A DNA stretch of 64,000 nt from Klebsiella pneumoniae (GCA_945862315.1 CAMAXW010000005.1:17890-81889), one strand, 5' to 3'. Positions 1-9,786 are shown, counted from the first letter of the stretch. The notes: a model not told the origin generated them from the letters alone. Translations and numbers: made by a program.

Positions 1-1746
1 ACTCCGCCGGCCCAAGCCCCGCGCAATCAGCGACTGCTGTACTTGGTCGCTAATTTCCGCCGCTTCCAGCAAGGCCGAGGTGGAAAGCCCTTCAGGTGCT
101 CTTGCTAAGCCCGCGATGGCCGTTACCACCTGAGCGTTCGCGTAGTCGCCGGCGCCCGCATCCCCAGCTGTTCGCGTTGGTGTTTGGAACTGTCGGCGCA
201 GCGCGAACTGTGTTTGAGCCGCGCTAAAGGCCTGTTGGAAATTAGGCGCGAGCGCGAGCCCCGGGCCTTGGCCAAAACCCATGGCGTGGCCTGGCCCCGT
301 GCTGGCCAGCATCGGTCCCTCGTTAATGAGAGTCGGCAACTCATTCAGCAGTGGGAAAAAAGAACCACCGACACCACCGACACCACCGACACCACCGACA
401 CCACCGACACCAGCGCCACCAGCGACACCAGCGCCACCAGCGCCACCAGCGCCACCACCGACACCACCGACACCACCGACACCACTGACACCACCGACAC
501 CACCGACACCACCGACACCACTGACACCAGCGACACCACCGACACCACCGACACCACCGACACCACTGACACCACCGACACCGCCGGCACCAGAGACACC
601 ACCGGCACCACCGGCACCACCGGCACCAGCGACACCACCGACACCAGCGACACCACCGACACCAGCGACACCACCGACACCAGCGACACCACCGGCACCA
701 CCGGCACCACCGGCACCAGCGACGGCGGGCACCCGATGCGGTCGGGGGCGTGCCTCGGAGCGGCGCACAACGAGGGGTTGCGGCGTCGGACCGAGCAGCG
801 GTTGAATATCGTTTTGCGTTAACAGGTCGATTAGATCGGCGCACAGGCGCGGCAAGTGCGTGTCGAGCAGGCGTCGGAGGATTCTAAATAACGCCTCGCC
901 GGTAGGTGGGTTCGCGAACTCTTCCTTGAGCGCATCAGCAAAAATGCCGCAGACTACCGCCGGTCCAAACGGATTAGAGCCCCTGTCGATCACGCGTCTC
1001 GCGAGCGAAGATAGGCGCGCAGCAAGCTCTTCAATGGCGGGTTCATTGGCACGTTCAAGTTCAGCGACGATGCCCGACAACGACAAAAAGTGCTCAAATT
1101 CCCTTTTCTCGATTAGAGATAATTTGCTGTCAAGATCAATCCCCCCCCCCTTGGCCGCAGGCTCCAAGGGGTTATTGAGAATGGCAGCCGCCCGGCTAAA
1201 CAGGGCATGGACCTGCGAGCGGATCGCCGCGCTGCGATCCTTCAGCCGCGTCAGCGCCTCGTGGATGGTTCGGCTTTCTCGGTCCGATCTGGCATCCCGG
1301 GCCGCCAAAAATAGGGCTTCACCGGTCTGACGCAGTAGTTCTTCGATCACCACACCCGAGCAGCGCTCCACGACTTGAAGAATTTTAGGCAGCGTACGGC
1401 CAAACTCTGGGGCGAGCCGACGTTGGGTCTCAGAGAGATTGTCGTACGTCGCGCCCGCCTGCGCGCTGGCGTAATGCTCCAAACGCTGAAGGCTGACTAG
1501 CGAGGGGCCTTTGAACGCTACCCCCAACCCTGCGGGAATGACCCGACAGATCACGAGACCCAGTTGGTCCTCCTCACCGCCTTCTTCTAAGCAGAAGCGC
1601 AATACCGCATGGGACTTAAGCTGGGTCTGCGCCAAAGTGTCCGCACCTAGCTGGATAAACATCCCAGCGACACAGAAATCCTTAACAATGCAGGCAACGG
1701 GAGGCCGCCCTTCAACGACGATTGAAGCGGGAAGCTGGATAGGCAT
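1..1746 (-). CDS. Partial (3' end beyond window) hypothetical protein, >580 aa. It has a PilZ-like N-terminal motif (RRRYIR ... DFCVAG). A central ~120-aa Gly-rich (GGV/GGA)n linker is followed by a C-terminal region.
   Basis: I translated the minus strand by hand. The frame stays open from the ATG at 1746 to position 1. The stop upstream is at 1861-1863. The sequence is protein-like ([33 protein letters not shown]...). This gene runs off the window edge, and the track omits such genes. The start could be an upstream GTG. Confidence 0.6.
   Translation of the reverse strand, partial: MPIQLPASIVVEGRPPVACIVKDFCVAGMFIQLGADTLAQTQLKSHAVLRFCLEEGGEEDQLGLVICRVIPAGLGVAFKGPSLVSLQRLEHYASAQAGATYDNLSETQRRLAPEFGRTLPKILQVVERCSGVVIEELLRQTGEALFLAARDARSDRESRTIHEALTRLKDRSAAIRSQVHALFSRAAAILNNPLEPAAKGGGIDLDSKLSLIEKREFEHFLSLSGIVAELERANEPAIEELAARLSSLARRVIDRGSNPFGPAVVCGIFADALKEEFANPPTGEALFRILRRLLDTHLPRLCADLIDLLTQNDIQPLLGPTPQPLVVRRSEARPRPHRVPAVAGAGGAGGAGGVAGVGGVAGVGGVAGVGGVAGAGGAGGAGGVSGAGGVGGVSGVGGVGGVGGVAGVSGVGGVGGVGGVSGVGGVGGVGGGAGGAGGAGVAGGAGVGGVGGVGGVGGVGGSFFPLLNELPTLINEGPMLASTGPGHAMGFGQGPGLALAPNFQQAFSAAQTQFALRRQFQTPTRTAGDAGAGDYANAQVVTAIAGLARAPEGLSTSALLEAAEISDQVQQSLIARGLGRRS
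364..722. repeat. Tandem array of about 40 copies of a 9-bp unit (ACCACCGAC, with ACCAGCGAC, ACCACTGAC and ACCACCGGC variants). It encodes (GGV/GGA)n on the minus strand and TTD/TSD repeats in the plus frame.
   Basis: The periodicity is directly visible. All three reading frames across it are open (TTD, GGV and WCR repeats). Confidence 0.9.
1141..1150. repeat. Homopolymeric C10 tract (G10 on the coding minus strand, encoding K-GGG). It lies inside the partial CDS.
   Basis: Ten consecutive C read directly from the sequence. This is rare in a GC-rich coding region. Confidence 0.9.
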
Positions 1747-2058
1747 GCGAATGTAGCGCCTGCGCTCCGCCCCTTTGCTGGTCTTCGTGTCATCCACCTT
1801 GATTTTTAGCTGCCGCAGACAACGCCATGGAATTTCATGCCGACCTCCGAAGCGACGCTGTCGTTAGGGAGGCGGCGCGTTTTTTTGAGATTTAGTCTGG
1901 ACGAAGTCTAGCATCGTTCTTAGCGCGGCCAAATTACTCTCGGCAGACCCATTTAAATACCCATCCCGCCAGTAATGTGGCGGAGCAGACACGCCCGCGC
2001 GCTGGCTATGCCACAATGCAGGCCATCCTAAAACGCCCGCCAGTAAGACCCAAAACCG

Positions 2059-3738
2059 ATGCCCATGGACACGCCACCAAGCCGTAGTAATTTCATCCGC
2101 GACATCATTGAAGACGACCTGCGCGAGCAACGTCATCAGCAGATCGTGACCCGCTTCCCACCAGAACCCAACGGCTACCTGCACATTGGCCATGCGAAAT
2201 CGATTTGTCTCAATTTTGGCGTGGCCCGCGCTTACGCCGGCCACTGCAATCTGCGCTTCGACGACACCAACCCAGGTAAGGAAAGCGCGGAGTTTGAGCA
2301 AGCCATCGCCGAGGATGTGCAATGGCTAGGCTTTACTTGGGAGGATCGCTACTTCCACGCCTCTGATTACTTCGAACAACTCTACGCCTACGCGGTACAG
2401 CTGATCGAGCACGATAAGGCTTACGTCGACAGCCAATCGGCCGAGGAAATCCGGTTAACGCGGGGCACGCTCACGGAGCCTGGCCGCGATAGTCCCTATC
2501 GCAACCGAACGGCGGCTGACAATCTAGACCTCTTTGCGCGCATGCGCCGTGGCGAATTCCCGGACGGCGCGCAAGTGTTGCGCGCCAAAATTGACATGAC
2601 CTCGCCCAATATCAATCTGCGCGACCCGACGCTCTACCGCATCCGCCAAATTGAGCATCACCGTACCGGCGCGCAGTGGCACATCTACCCAATGTATGAC
2701 TATAGCCACTGCCTTTCGGATGCCCTAGAAGGCATCACACATTCGCTGTGCACCTTGGAATTTGAGGACCATCGCCCCCTTTATGACTGGGTCTTGGCGC
2801 AACTACCCGTGCCCTGCCAACCACGCCAAATTGAATTCGCGCGTCTCGAAATCAACTACACCATCACCAGCAAACGCAAACTGCACGCACTGGTGAGCGA
2901 GGGCTTGGTGAATGGCTGGGATGATCCGCGTCTTCCCACACTCAAAGGCATGCGTCGGCGCGGCTATCCAGCAGCGGCTATTCGCGAATTTTGCGAGCGC
3001 GTGGGGATAACCAAAAAACAGACGGTCATCGACATGGGGGTACTGGAAACCTGCCTGCGCGAAGAACTGGACCGCAGCGCGCCACGCGTCATGGCCGTCC
3101 TCGACCCAGTAAAACTGGTGATCGAGAACTATCCAACCGACCTCATCGAACAACTCCCGGCCGCCAATCACCCCAAAGATCCCGCTTTTGGTGAGCGTTT
3201 AGTGGACTTTTCACGCGAAATCTATATCGAGCGTGAAGACTTCATGGAAACCCCCTCGAAAGGGTTTTTTCGCCTCGCACCGGGACGCGAGGTGCGGTTG
3301 CGATGGGCCTATTTAGTGACCTGCACGGACATCATCAAAGATCCACACGGCGAGATTCTCGAAATTCACTGTCGCTATGACCCCGCCACGCGCGGCGGCA
3401 ACGCACCCGACAACCGCGCCGTGAAGGGCACTCTCCACTGGGTGTCGGCGGCTACCGCCATCAGCGCCGAAGTACGGCTTTATGACCGGCTATTCACCAT
3501 CGCCGAACCCAGCGGTGAAGATTTTCGTCAACATCTAAACCCCGCTTCCCAACGGCAGGTACCAGCAGCCAAGCTGGAGGCGTCGCTGGGCCACGCCGCG
3601 CCTGGCGCGCCATTTCAATTCGAACGCATTGGCTATTTCTGCGCCGACCAGCACGACCACGCGCCCGCTCAACCCGTGTTTAACCGCACGGTGACCCTGC
3701 GCGATACTTGGGCGAAAGTCCAAGGTCGGCGGGATTAA
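2059..3738 (+). CDS. glnS: Glutaminyl-tRNA synthetase
   Basis: 559 aa. It carries the class I HIGH motif (PEPNGYLHIGHAKS) and full-length GlnRS-like sequence. Confidence 0.95.
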   Translation: MPMDTPPSRSNFIRDIIEDDLREQRHQQIVTRFPPEPNGYLHIGHAKSICLNFGVARAYAGHCNLRFDDTNPGKESAEFEQAIAEDVQWLGFTWEDRYFHASDYFEQLYAYAVQLIEHDKAYVDSQSAEEIRLTRGTLTEPGRDSPYRNRTAADNLDLFARMRRGEFPDGAQVLRAKIDMTSPNINLRDPTLYRIRQIEHHRTGAQWHIYPMYDYSHCLSDALEGITHSLCTLEFEDHRPLYDWVLAQLPVPCQPRQIEFARLEINYTITSKRKLHALVSEGLVNGWDDPRLPTLKGMRRRGYPAAAIREFCERVGITKKQTVIDMGVLETCLREELDRSAPRVMAVLDPVKLVIENYPTDLIEQLPAANHPKDPAFGERLVDFSREIYIEREDFMETPSKGFFRLAPGREVRLRWAYLVTCTDIIKDPHGEILEIHCRYDPATRGGNAPDNRAVKGTLHWVSAATAISAEVRLYDRLFTIAEPSGEDFRQHLNPASQRQVPAAKLEASLGHAAPGAPFQFERIGYFCADQHDHAPAQPVFNRTVTLRDTWAKVQGRRD

Positions 3739-3777
3739 GACCGACTCTCGCAGTAGACTGCCCGGCTTAAGCACTCC

Positions 3778-3852
3778 CTCGCCATAGTTCAACGGATAGA
3801 ACGGGGCCCTCCTAAGGCTCAGATGTAGGTTCGATTCCTACTGGCGAGGCCA
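3778..3852 (+). tRNA. tRNA-Arg (anticodon CCU)
   Basis: Cloverleaf folded by hand. The acceptor stem is CTCGCCA/TGGCGAG. The anticodon stem is GGGCC/GGCTC and the loop is CTCCTAA. The T-arm is GTAGG-TTCGATT-CCTAC. The discriminator is G, followed by CCA. Confidence 0.85.
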
Positions 3853-4037
3853 ATCGTCACTCAACGCTGGTGTGCGGGCACACCGGCCAACTTGTCGATG
3901 ATTTAAACTCCCTAGTGCCGCAGGTGCACGGGCGCCTACCGCCACTAACAGCTCAGCAGCAGCGCTATCTTGCTACCCGCAAACTACGGTAGAGTCTCGC
4001 CCGCGAACTACTAAACCCCTGCCCTTGGAGAGAAATT

Positions 4038-4562
4038 ATGCAACTCAAATCTATTGCGAAATCGCTGGCGCTAGTGTCTGCACTGTCGTTAGGCGCTATT
4101 GGTAACGCCTCCGCACAGGCCGTTGGTGTCAATACCGGACCAACCACCCTGCAGCTCGGCGTCATGAAGTGCCACGTGCTTTCCGGCACACGGGTCTACT
4201 TGCTAATCCGCTCTACTGCCGACGTGGAATGCGTTTGGGAATACAAAGGTGCGACCGAGAAATACCACGGCGAGACGGGTATCGCGCTGGGTCTTGACCT
4301 TAGCTTCAAAGAAAACGAAGAAATGGCTTTCACCGTGTTAGCGGGCAACGGCGACGTAACACCGGGCCAGCATTCGCTGGCTGGTAAGTTCATTGGCGGC
4401 ACTGCTGACGCCGCGTTAGGCGTGGGCGTGGGCGTCAAGGTTTTGGTTGGCGGTGGCAAAAACAACATCAGCCTCCAGCCGTTGGCCCTAGCCGGCAGCA
4501 CTGGCAGCGTCGGCGCCTCGGCCGGCCTCGGCTTCCTGTACATCGAAGCCCCGAAGAAGTAG
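4038..4562 (+). CDS. Small secreted Gly/Ala-rich protein of unknown function with a signal peptide
   Basis: 174 aa. An RBS (GGAGAGA) lies 5 nt upstream. The N-terminal signal peptide is MQLKSIAKSLALVSALSLGAIGNASA/QA. GC looks lower than in the flanking genes. Confidence 0.6.
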   Translation: MQLKSIAKSLALVSALSLGAIGNASAQAVGVNTGPTTLQLGVMKCHVLSGTRVYLLIRSTADVECVWEYKGATEKYHGETGIALGLDLSFKENEEMAFTVLAGNGDVTPGQHSLAGKFIGGTADAALGVGVGVKVLVGGGKNNISLQPLALAGSTGSVGASAGLGFLYIEAPKK

Positions 4563-4855
4563 TCACTACTTTTTCGGCGTAGCACTTTTAGGCGGGCGAG
4601 CCCGCAGCGCAAGGAATCTGCCTTGCGGCTGCGGATTGCCCCGCTTGAAAGCCTAGGCTACGCACCGCAAAAACTGAGGTGGCTCGCGATGAAACGAGCC
4701 GTCCTTTGCGCTACTCGCGCCGCGCGCTAACACCCACCCGCCGCCACCGCACTGAGCGCTCGCAGCGTCGCCTTATCGGCACCCTATCCTCAGCATCAAT
4801 TAGGCTCGCCACAGGCGGGGGCCCTACGTCCGGCCACCCGCGCCCTCGACACTCA

Positions 4856-5716
4856 CTAGCCCAGCCGCGCAATCGTGGCCGCGTATTCGTCCAGAACGCG
4901 CAGCGCTTCATCGCGTGGAAAATCTGCAAACGGCAAAAGTACGCGGTTAGCGCCCAGGCTTAGCATGCGTTCCAGGCGGGCCGGGTCGATACCTCGCTGG
5001 TCGCTGACCTCGGCCAGCACAGTGATATCCAGTGTGGCGGGATCCCGTCCCCGGGCCCGCATCGCGGCGTGAATATCCAACAACGCGCTAGGAAAATCTG
5101 CGAGCAAACCTTCTATCGGCATCCAACCGTCGCAGTATTCGGCAATGCGTGCCGGGACGTATTTCGAGTAAGCCCCCATCAGCACTGGCGGCCCACCGGC
5201 TTGTTGCGGCTTGGGCCAACACCACATCGGCGGGAAGTCGACAAATTGTCCATGATATTCCGGCACGTCATCGCACCAAATGCGCTTGATCGCGAGCATG
5301 CGTTCGCGCGTGACTTTCCAGCGATCGGCAAACTGGACGCCATGATCAGCCATTTCCTCAGCATTCCAACCCGCCCCGATGCCAAACAGCAGGCGCCCGC
5401 CAGACAGCCGGTCCAGCGACGCCGCGGCTTTTGCGATATGGATAGGATCGTGCTCGGTCAATAGTGTCACGCCAGTGCCGAGCTTCAGCGTTTTGGTCAC
5501 TGCCGCCACCATCGACAAGGCCACGAACTGGTCATGGCTGTGTGAATACATGGACGGCAACTCACCACCACCGATAAAAGGCGAGCGGCGACTGGTGGGA
5601 ATATGGGTGTGCTCGGCGTAGAACAGGGATTCGAAGCCGCGAGATTCAAGCGCCGGGCCGAGGTCTTGTGGCTCAATACTGGTGTCGGTCGGAAAACAAA
5701 CGATCCCGAAATCCAT
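4856..5716 (-). CDS. Luciferase-like monooxygenase (LLM) family flavin-dependent oxidoreductase
   Basis: LLM-like sequence: MDFGIVCFPTD ... LFGIGAGWNAEEMADHGVQFADRWKVTRERMLAIKRIW. I chose the internal ATG at 5716 because a GAGG RBS lies upstream. The ORF track extends to 5923. Confidence 0.75.
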   Translation of the reverse strand: MDFGIVCFPTDTSIEPQDLGPALESRGFESLFYAEHTHIPTSRRSPFIGGGELPSMYSHSHDQFVALSMVAAVTKTLKLGTGVTLLTEHDPIHIAKAAASLDRLSGGRLLFGIGAGWNAEEMADHGVQFADRWKVTRERMLAIKRIWCDDVPEYHGQFVDFPPMWCWPKPQQAGGPPVLMGAYSKYVPARIAEYCDGWMPIEGLLADFPSALLDIHAAMRARGRDPATLDITVLAEVSDQRGIDPARLERMLSLGANRVLLPFADFPRDEALRVLDEYAATIARLG

Positions 5717-5977
5717 CACGAATACCTCACTTAGGTTGTCTAGCGGCGCGTGCGCCGGATGTTTACCCGCCATTACGTTCCTGTGACGTCCAAGATAGTC
5801 GCACTGTTCGGTGCCCGGCACTACCGAGAGGCAACGGTCGAGGGTGAATTTTTGAGGTTGGGGAAGCAGCCTTAACGCCACTGACGAGCGTTGTGTAGGC
5901 CGTTGCGAGGCTGGGCAACACACTTCGCACGGTGCTGAGTGGCGCCGCAGGAGGTTGGGGATTAGATCCTAGGAGGG

Positions 5978-6054
<77 letters not shown>

Positions 6055-6116
6055 GGCTTTCAAGATAAGCGCGTGATGATAACCGAAAGCTTTTACGAAT
6101 GGCCCTATTTAGCGAG

Positions 6117-6578
6117 CTAAGTATTGTTATGGCGGATGCGGATAACGATATCCATGCCGCACGCATAAGTGCCAGAGGGTGGAGACGGCAGGTCGGCCAA
6201 CAAGGGTGGCTGCGCCTCGACATCCGTTAGGGTGCCATCGTCCATATTATAAAAATGGTAATGCGGGCGAGTATTGGAGTCGTAGAACACCTTGGAGGAA
6301 TCCACGCTGACTTGCCGCAGCAGGCCGCGCTCCACCAACAGGCCCAGCGTGTTGTACACCGTTGCCTTTGAAACCACCGCACCGCAACGGCTCATTTTTT
6401 CCATGACTTGGTCGGCCGACAGATGTTGCGCCTCGGCCAACAACATCGCGGCAATTTCCAAACGCTGGGGGGTCGGCAAAATGCCGTGCGTATTTAGCCT
6501 TTGCGCGAGTGCTAGCCGCGTTGCGGGGGTCAAGGTTGTCGCGTCTGGGTTGCTCATGCGTCGCAGTATACGCAGCAT
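6117..6578 (-). CDS. Fur-family transcriptional regulator (Fur/Zur/PerR type). It is divergent from the pilus minor-pilin operon.
   Basis: Fur-family sequence: PTPQRLEIAAMLLAEAQHLSADQV ... VSKATVYNTLGLLVERGLL ... HYHFYNMDDG. An alternative ATG start is at 6557. Confidence 0.75.
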   Translation of the reverse strand: MLRILRRMSNPDATTLTPATRLALAQRLNTHGILPTPQRLEIAAMLLAEAQHLSADQVMEKMSRCGAVVSKATVYNTLGLLVERGLLRQVSVDSSKVFYDSNTRPHYHFYNMDDGTLTDVEAQPPLLADLPSPPSGTYACGMDIVIRIRHNNT

Positions 6579-6752
6579 CGAAAGGCTGTCCAGATTGCCC
6601 TTGCCGCGAGGGGTTGCCCAGCGTGAGGAATGTCGACTGGTTCACAATTCAACCCTAGCCTGTAGAACGCAGTTGCCGTTCGTCGGACTGCCGCTACCGT
6701 CCGGCGGCTTTGCCCAAGCGTGGCGGCGACTCGATCGTTAATACTGCAATTC

Positions 6753-7364
6753 ATGAAACGCGCACGCGGCTTTACCCTCATTGAACTCATGACCACCATC
6801 GCCGTGTTGGGTGTGGTGCTGGGCATTGCCGTGCCCGGCGTACGGCAGTTAGCGCTGGACAATCGCCAAAGCACCCAGCTCAATCTTTTTTCCTCAACCC
6901 TCGCCATGGCTCGCAGTGAAGCCATCAAACAAAACACGCGGGTGGCGGTGTGCCCATCCAGCGACCGCCTCACCTGCGCCAGCGCCGGCACCGGCTGGCA
7001 GGCGGGTTGGATTGCCTACGTAGACCGCAATAGCAACCTCATCCATACGGCGTCACCTACCGGTTGCAACGAAGGCGTCACGACCTTGGACTGTCAACTC
7101 ATTGCGCAGGGCACGCTCTCCGGCAGCAGCCTGCTGACGGGCGCTAGCGGCGTTCCCAGCCTGATTGGCTACGATGGTTCGGGGGCGGCTTTCTGCGACG
7201 CCAATCAGGATGGCATACCAGAAAGCTGTCAGTCCTCGACAACCTACTTCACCCTGTGTGACACCCGCGGCGCCTCCTCAGCCCGCGGGCTGTCCGTCTC
7301 TACCACCGGCCGCACCTCGGTGATCGACAAAAAGCCTGACGGCAGCGCGCTCACCTGCCCATGA
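6753..7364 (+). CDS. fimT: Type IV pilus minor pilin, FimT/FimU (GspH) family
   Basis: Prepilin leader and methylation motif MKRARG/FTLIELM. The ORF track begins at a GTG at 6720. Confidence 0.8.
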   Translation: MKRARGFTLIELMTTIAVLGVVLGIAVPGVRQLALDNRQSTQLNLFSSTLAMARSEAIKQNTRVAVCPSSDRLTCASAGTGWQAGWIAYVDRNSNLIHTASPTGCNEGVTTLDCQLIAQGTLSGSSLLTGASGVPSLIGYDGSGAAFCDANQDGIPESCQSSTTYFTLCDTRGASSARGLSVSTTGRTSVIDKKPDGSALTCP

Positions 7365-7951
7365 ACAGGCTAACCCAGCGCCGGCGACAGGCAGCGGGCT
7401 TCACGCTACTGGAAGTGCTCATTGCGGTGGTGGTATTTGCCATTGGGCTGCTGGGGATTGCAGGGTTGCAGGTCGCTGGCCTGCGCTTCAGCCATGGGTC
7501 GCAACTGCGTTCTGTCGCCACCATGCAGGCGGAGAATATGGCCGACCACCTACGCGCCAATCAAGCGGGCGTGCTGGCCGGTGCCTATAACCAAACCAGC
7601 AGTTTACCGACCAGCTATTCGAAAGATTGCGACGCCGTCAATTGCACGTCTACTGAACTGGCGACCTTCCACCTCGCGACCTGGAATAGCCATGTTTCTA
7701 GCACCAAACCCAAGGAGTCCAACGCCGATGTGTTGCCTAGCGGCACCGGCACGGTGTGCATCGACTCCACGCCCAATGACGGTAGTGCCGGGAACTGGCG
7801 ATGCGACAACCTCGGCGTGGTGTATGCGATCAAAGTGGTCTGGACCGAGCGCACGACCGCACAAAATGACCTAGGCGATGCTAACGGTGACGGTGTCGCG
7901 GATGTCACGGACACCCGCCAGCAGTTACTGACACTGAGGGTTATTCCTTGA
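7361..7951 (+). CDS. pilV: Type IV pilus minor pilin PilV
   Basis: The N-terminus reads MNRLTQRRRQAAG/FTLLEVLIAVVV. It overlaps fimT by 4 nt, which suggests an operon. Confidence 0.8.
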   Translation: MNRLTQRRRQAAGFTLLEVLIAVVVFAIGLLGIAGLQVAGLRFSHGSQLRSVATMQAENMADHLRANQAGVLAGAYNQTSSLPTSYSKDCDAVNCTSTELATFHLATWNSHVSSTKPKESNADVLPSGTGTVCIDSTPNDGSAGNWRCDNLGVVYAIKVVWTERTTAQNDLGDANGDGVADVTDTRQQLLTLRVIP

Positions 7952-9021
7952 AAATAAATTATCCACCGGGCCGTCACCTGCAATCAGTCGGTCTTGGGCG
8001 GCGAGAGCATGGCGTTACGCTGGTCGAAATGATGGTCGCGCTGGTGGTAGGACTCATCTTGCTGGCGGGCATCGTGCAACTTTTTGCCAGCAACAAGCAG
8101 GCCTATCGGCTGCAGGAAGGCGCCAATGTGTTGAACGAAAACGCCCGGTTTGCGCTGGCGCAAATCCAGTACGACCTGCGCATGGCCGATCACTGGGGTG
8201 GCGTTGAAGCCAGCGAGGTCACGCTGCTAAGCGGCTTGGATAGCGTCACCAGCAACTGCGCCGGGACCGCCGCGGCCATCGTCGCGACGGGTCTTTATGG
8301 CTTTGACGGCACCGCGGCGTCGCCGCTCGCCTGTATTCCTGCCACCGACTATGTCGCCAATTCGGACATCCTGGTAGTGCGCTATGCCGATGCGCTCCGC
8401 AAGGCTTCCGGCAAGTTGGCAACCAACGATTTTTACCTGCGCAGCGCCATCGGTCGGCGGGCAATGATTTTCCAAGGCAAGACTAAAGCGAGTTTACCCT
8501 CGGACTTAGTGTCCGCCACGCCGACCCAAACCGATGCTTACGCGGAGTCCCCAGACGCGGCCAACTACCCTTTCCACTCGGTGGTTTATTTTCTGCGGCC
8601 CTGCGCCTCGCAAGACCGCGGCACCGCGGGCGTGTGCGATGCCGCGGATGACACCATCCCCACCTTGGCACGGCTAACCCTGCGCGGCACAAGCTTGGTG
8701 GAGGAAGACGTCATCGCCGGCGTGGAACAGCTGCAACTAAGCTACGGGGTGGACCTCAACGCGGACCTCGTACCCGATATCTACCGACGCGCTACCGACA
8801 TCACGACCAATAACGAATGGGCGAAGGTGGTGGACGTCAAGCTAAGCCTGTTAATTCGCAATGCCGAGCGCGATACCAGCTATACGGACACCACGACCTA
8901 CCAACTTTTTGGCGGCGTGAACGGTGCGCCAGTGAGTTACACCGTCCCCACCAACGCGCAGCAATTCCGGCGCAAGGTTTATAACGCCGCGGTCCAAGTC
9001 CGCAATATGACGCGTAGCTAA
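7948..9021 (+). CDS. pilW: Type IV pilus assembly protein PilW
   Basis: The N-terminus reads ...REHG/VTLVEMMVALVVGLIL, a prepilin-like sequence. It overlaps pilV by 4 nt. Confidence 0.75.
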   Translation: MKINYPPGRHLQSVGLGRREHGVTLVEMMVALVVGLILLAGIVQLFASNKQAYRLQEGANVLNENARFALAQIQYDLRMADHWGGVEASEVTLLSGLDSVTSNCAGTAAAIVATGLYGFDGTAASPLACIPATDYVANSDILVVRYADALRKASGKLATNDFYLRSAIGRRAMIFQGKTKASLPSDLVSATPTQTDAYAESPDAANYPFHSVVYFLRPCASQDRGTAGVCDAADDTIPTLARLTLRGTSLVEEDVIAGVEQLQLSYGVDLNADLVPDIYRRATDITTNNEWAKVVDVKLSLLIRNAERDTSYTDTTTYQLFGGVNGAPVSYTVPTNAQQFRRKVYNAAVQVRNMTRS

Positions 9022-9027
9022 GCAACT

Positions 9028-9654
9028 ATGAACCCACAACATCCTTCCAAATTTAGTCCGCAGGCAGGGGTGGCGCTCATCATGGCGCTGGTGTTGCTGC
9101 TGGTCATGACCATGGTGGCTGTGGTGGCCATGCGCTCCACTACCCTAGATCTCAAAATGACCACCAACAATACGCAGACCCGACGCGCCTTTCAGGGCTC
9201 TGACGGCGCGCGGGACGTCATAACACCCGTGCTCGCATCGCACGTCTTCTACCACGGTTGGCCTACCTCGCTAACCGGTGGCACGGTGGCCGCCAGCGCG
9301 AGTTTCACCATTCCTCAGGGACTCACCGTGCGGAACGCGGCGCAGCGTTTGGACCTAGCGCAAAACGGGACGTACACGCGTTTCAGTGGCAGCCCCAATT
9401 CTGACCTCAGCTTCAAAGACGATGTGAATAGCAATGGCACGATGGACCCTGATGACGTGAACGCCGAATTGTGGGTCACCCGGATCGGCGCCTTGCCCGC
9501 GGCGGGCAGCAACATGGGTTCCAACGCGGCGGATCAGGGTGCGGGTGGGGGGGGCGCCAGCAAGTACATTTTGTTTGATTTACGCTCCGACGGTCGCGCC
9601 GTCGGCAACGCGCAAGCGCGCACCGGGGCCGATTACCGCGCGCTGATTCGTTGA
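9028..9654 (+). CDS. pilX: Type IV pilus assembly protein PilX
   Basis: The N-terminus reads MNPQHPSKFSPQAGVALIMALVLLLVMTMVAVVAMRSTTLDLKMTTN, typical of a PilX N-terminal domain. Confidence 0.7.
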   Translation: MNPQHPSKFSPQAGVALIMALVLLLVMTMVAVVAMRSTTLDLKMTTNNTQTRRAFQGSDGARDVITPVLASHVFYHGWPTSLTGGTVAASASFTIPQGLTVRNAAQRLDLAQNGTYTRFSGSPNSDLSFKDDVNSNGTMDPDDVNAELWVTRIGALPAAGSNMGSNAADQGAGGGGASKYILFDLRSDGRAVGNAQARTGADYRALIR

Positions 9655-9658
9655 ACCG

Positions 9659-9773
9659 CCCACGTAGAACGCGCGTTAGTACCCGCGTAGAACGCCCGAA
9701 ATTGCCCGCGTAGAACGCCCGACATTGCCCGCGTAGAACGCCCGAAATTGCCCGCGTAGAACGCCCGACATTG
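9659..9773. repeat. Five head-to-tail copies of a 23-bp unit (CCCGCGTAGAACGCCCGAMATTG; the first copy is degenerate). They lie between pilX and pilY1.
   Basis: Units at 9659-9681 (degenerate), 9682-9704, 9705-9727, 9728-9750 and 9751-9773. They alternate AAATTG and ACATTG tails. The pilY1 ATG is 14 nt downstream. Confidence 0.9.
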
Positions 9774-9786
9774 GAGTACCAAGAGC

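Noticed and set aside
184-822. Plus-strand ORF encoding a (TTD/TSD)n repeat protein, 212 aa
   Set aside because: It lies inside, and antisense to, a much longer uninterrupted minus-strand frame of more than 580 codons with convincing protein-like sequence on both sides of the repeat. The neighbouring plus-strand ORF (860-1330) is Ser/Arg-rich antisense noise. I therefore treat it as a shadow ORF created by the 9-bp repeat.
341-844. Minus-strand ORFs in the other two frames of the repeat (WCR-repeat and VVS-repeat proteins)
   Set aside because: They are frame artefacts of the tandem repeat. Only the GGV/GGA frame is continuous with flanking coding sequence.
4196-4612. Minus-strand 138-aa ORF antisense to the secreted-protein gene
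   Set aside because: The plus-strand gene has an RBS and a clean signal peptide. The minus ORF is Pro/Thr/Ala-rich with no features.
9659-9773. Possible CRISPR array
   Set aside because: The 23-bp units abut directly with no spacers, and no cas genes are nearby. It is a simple tandem repeat.
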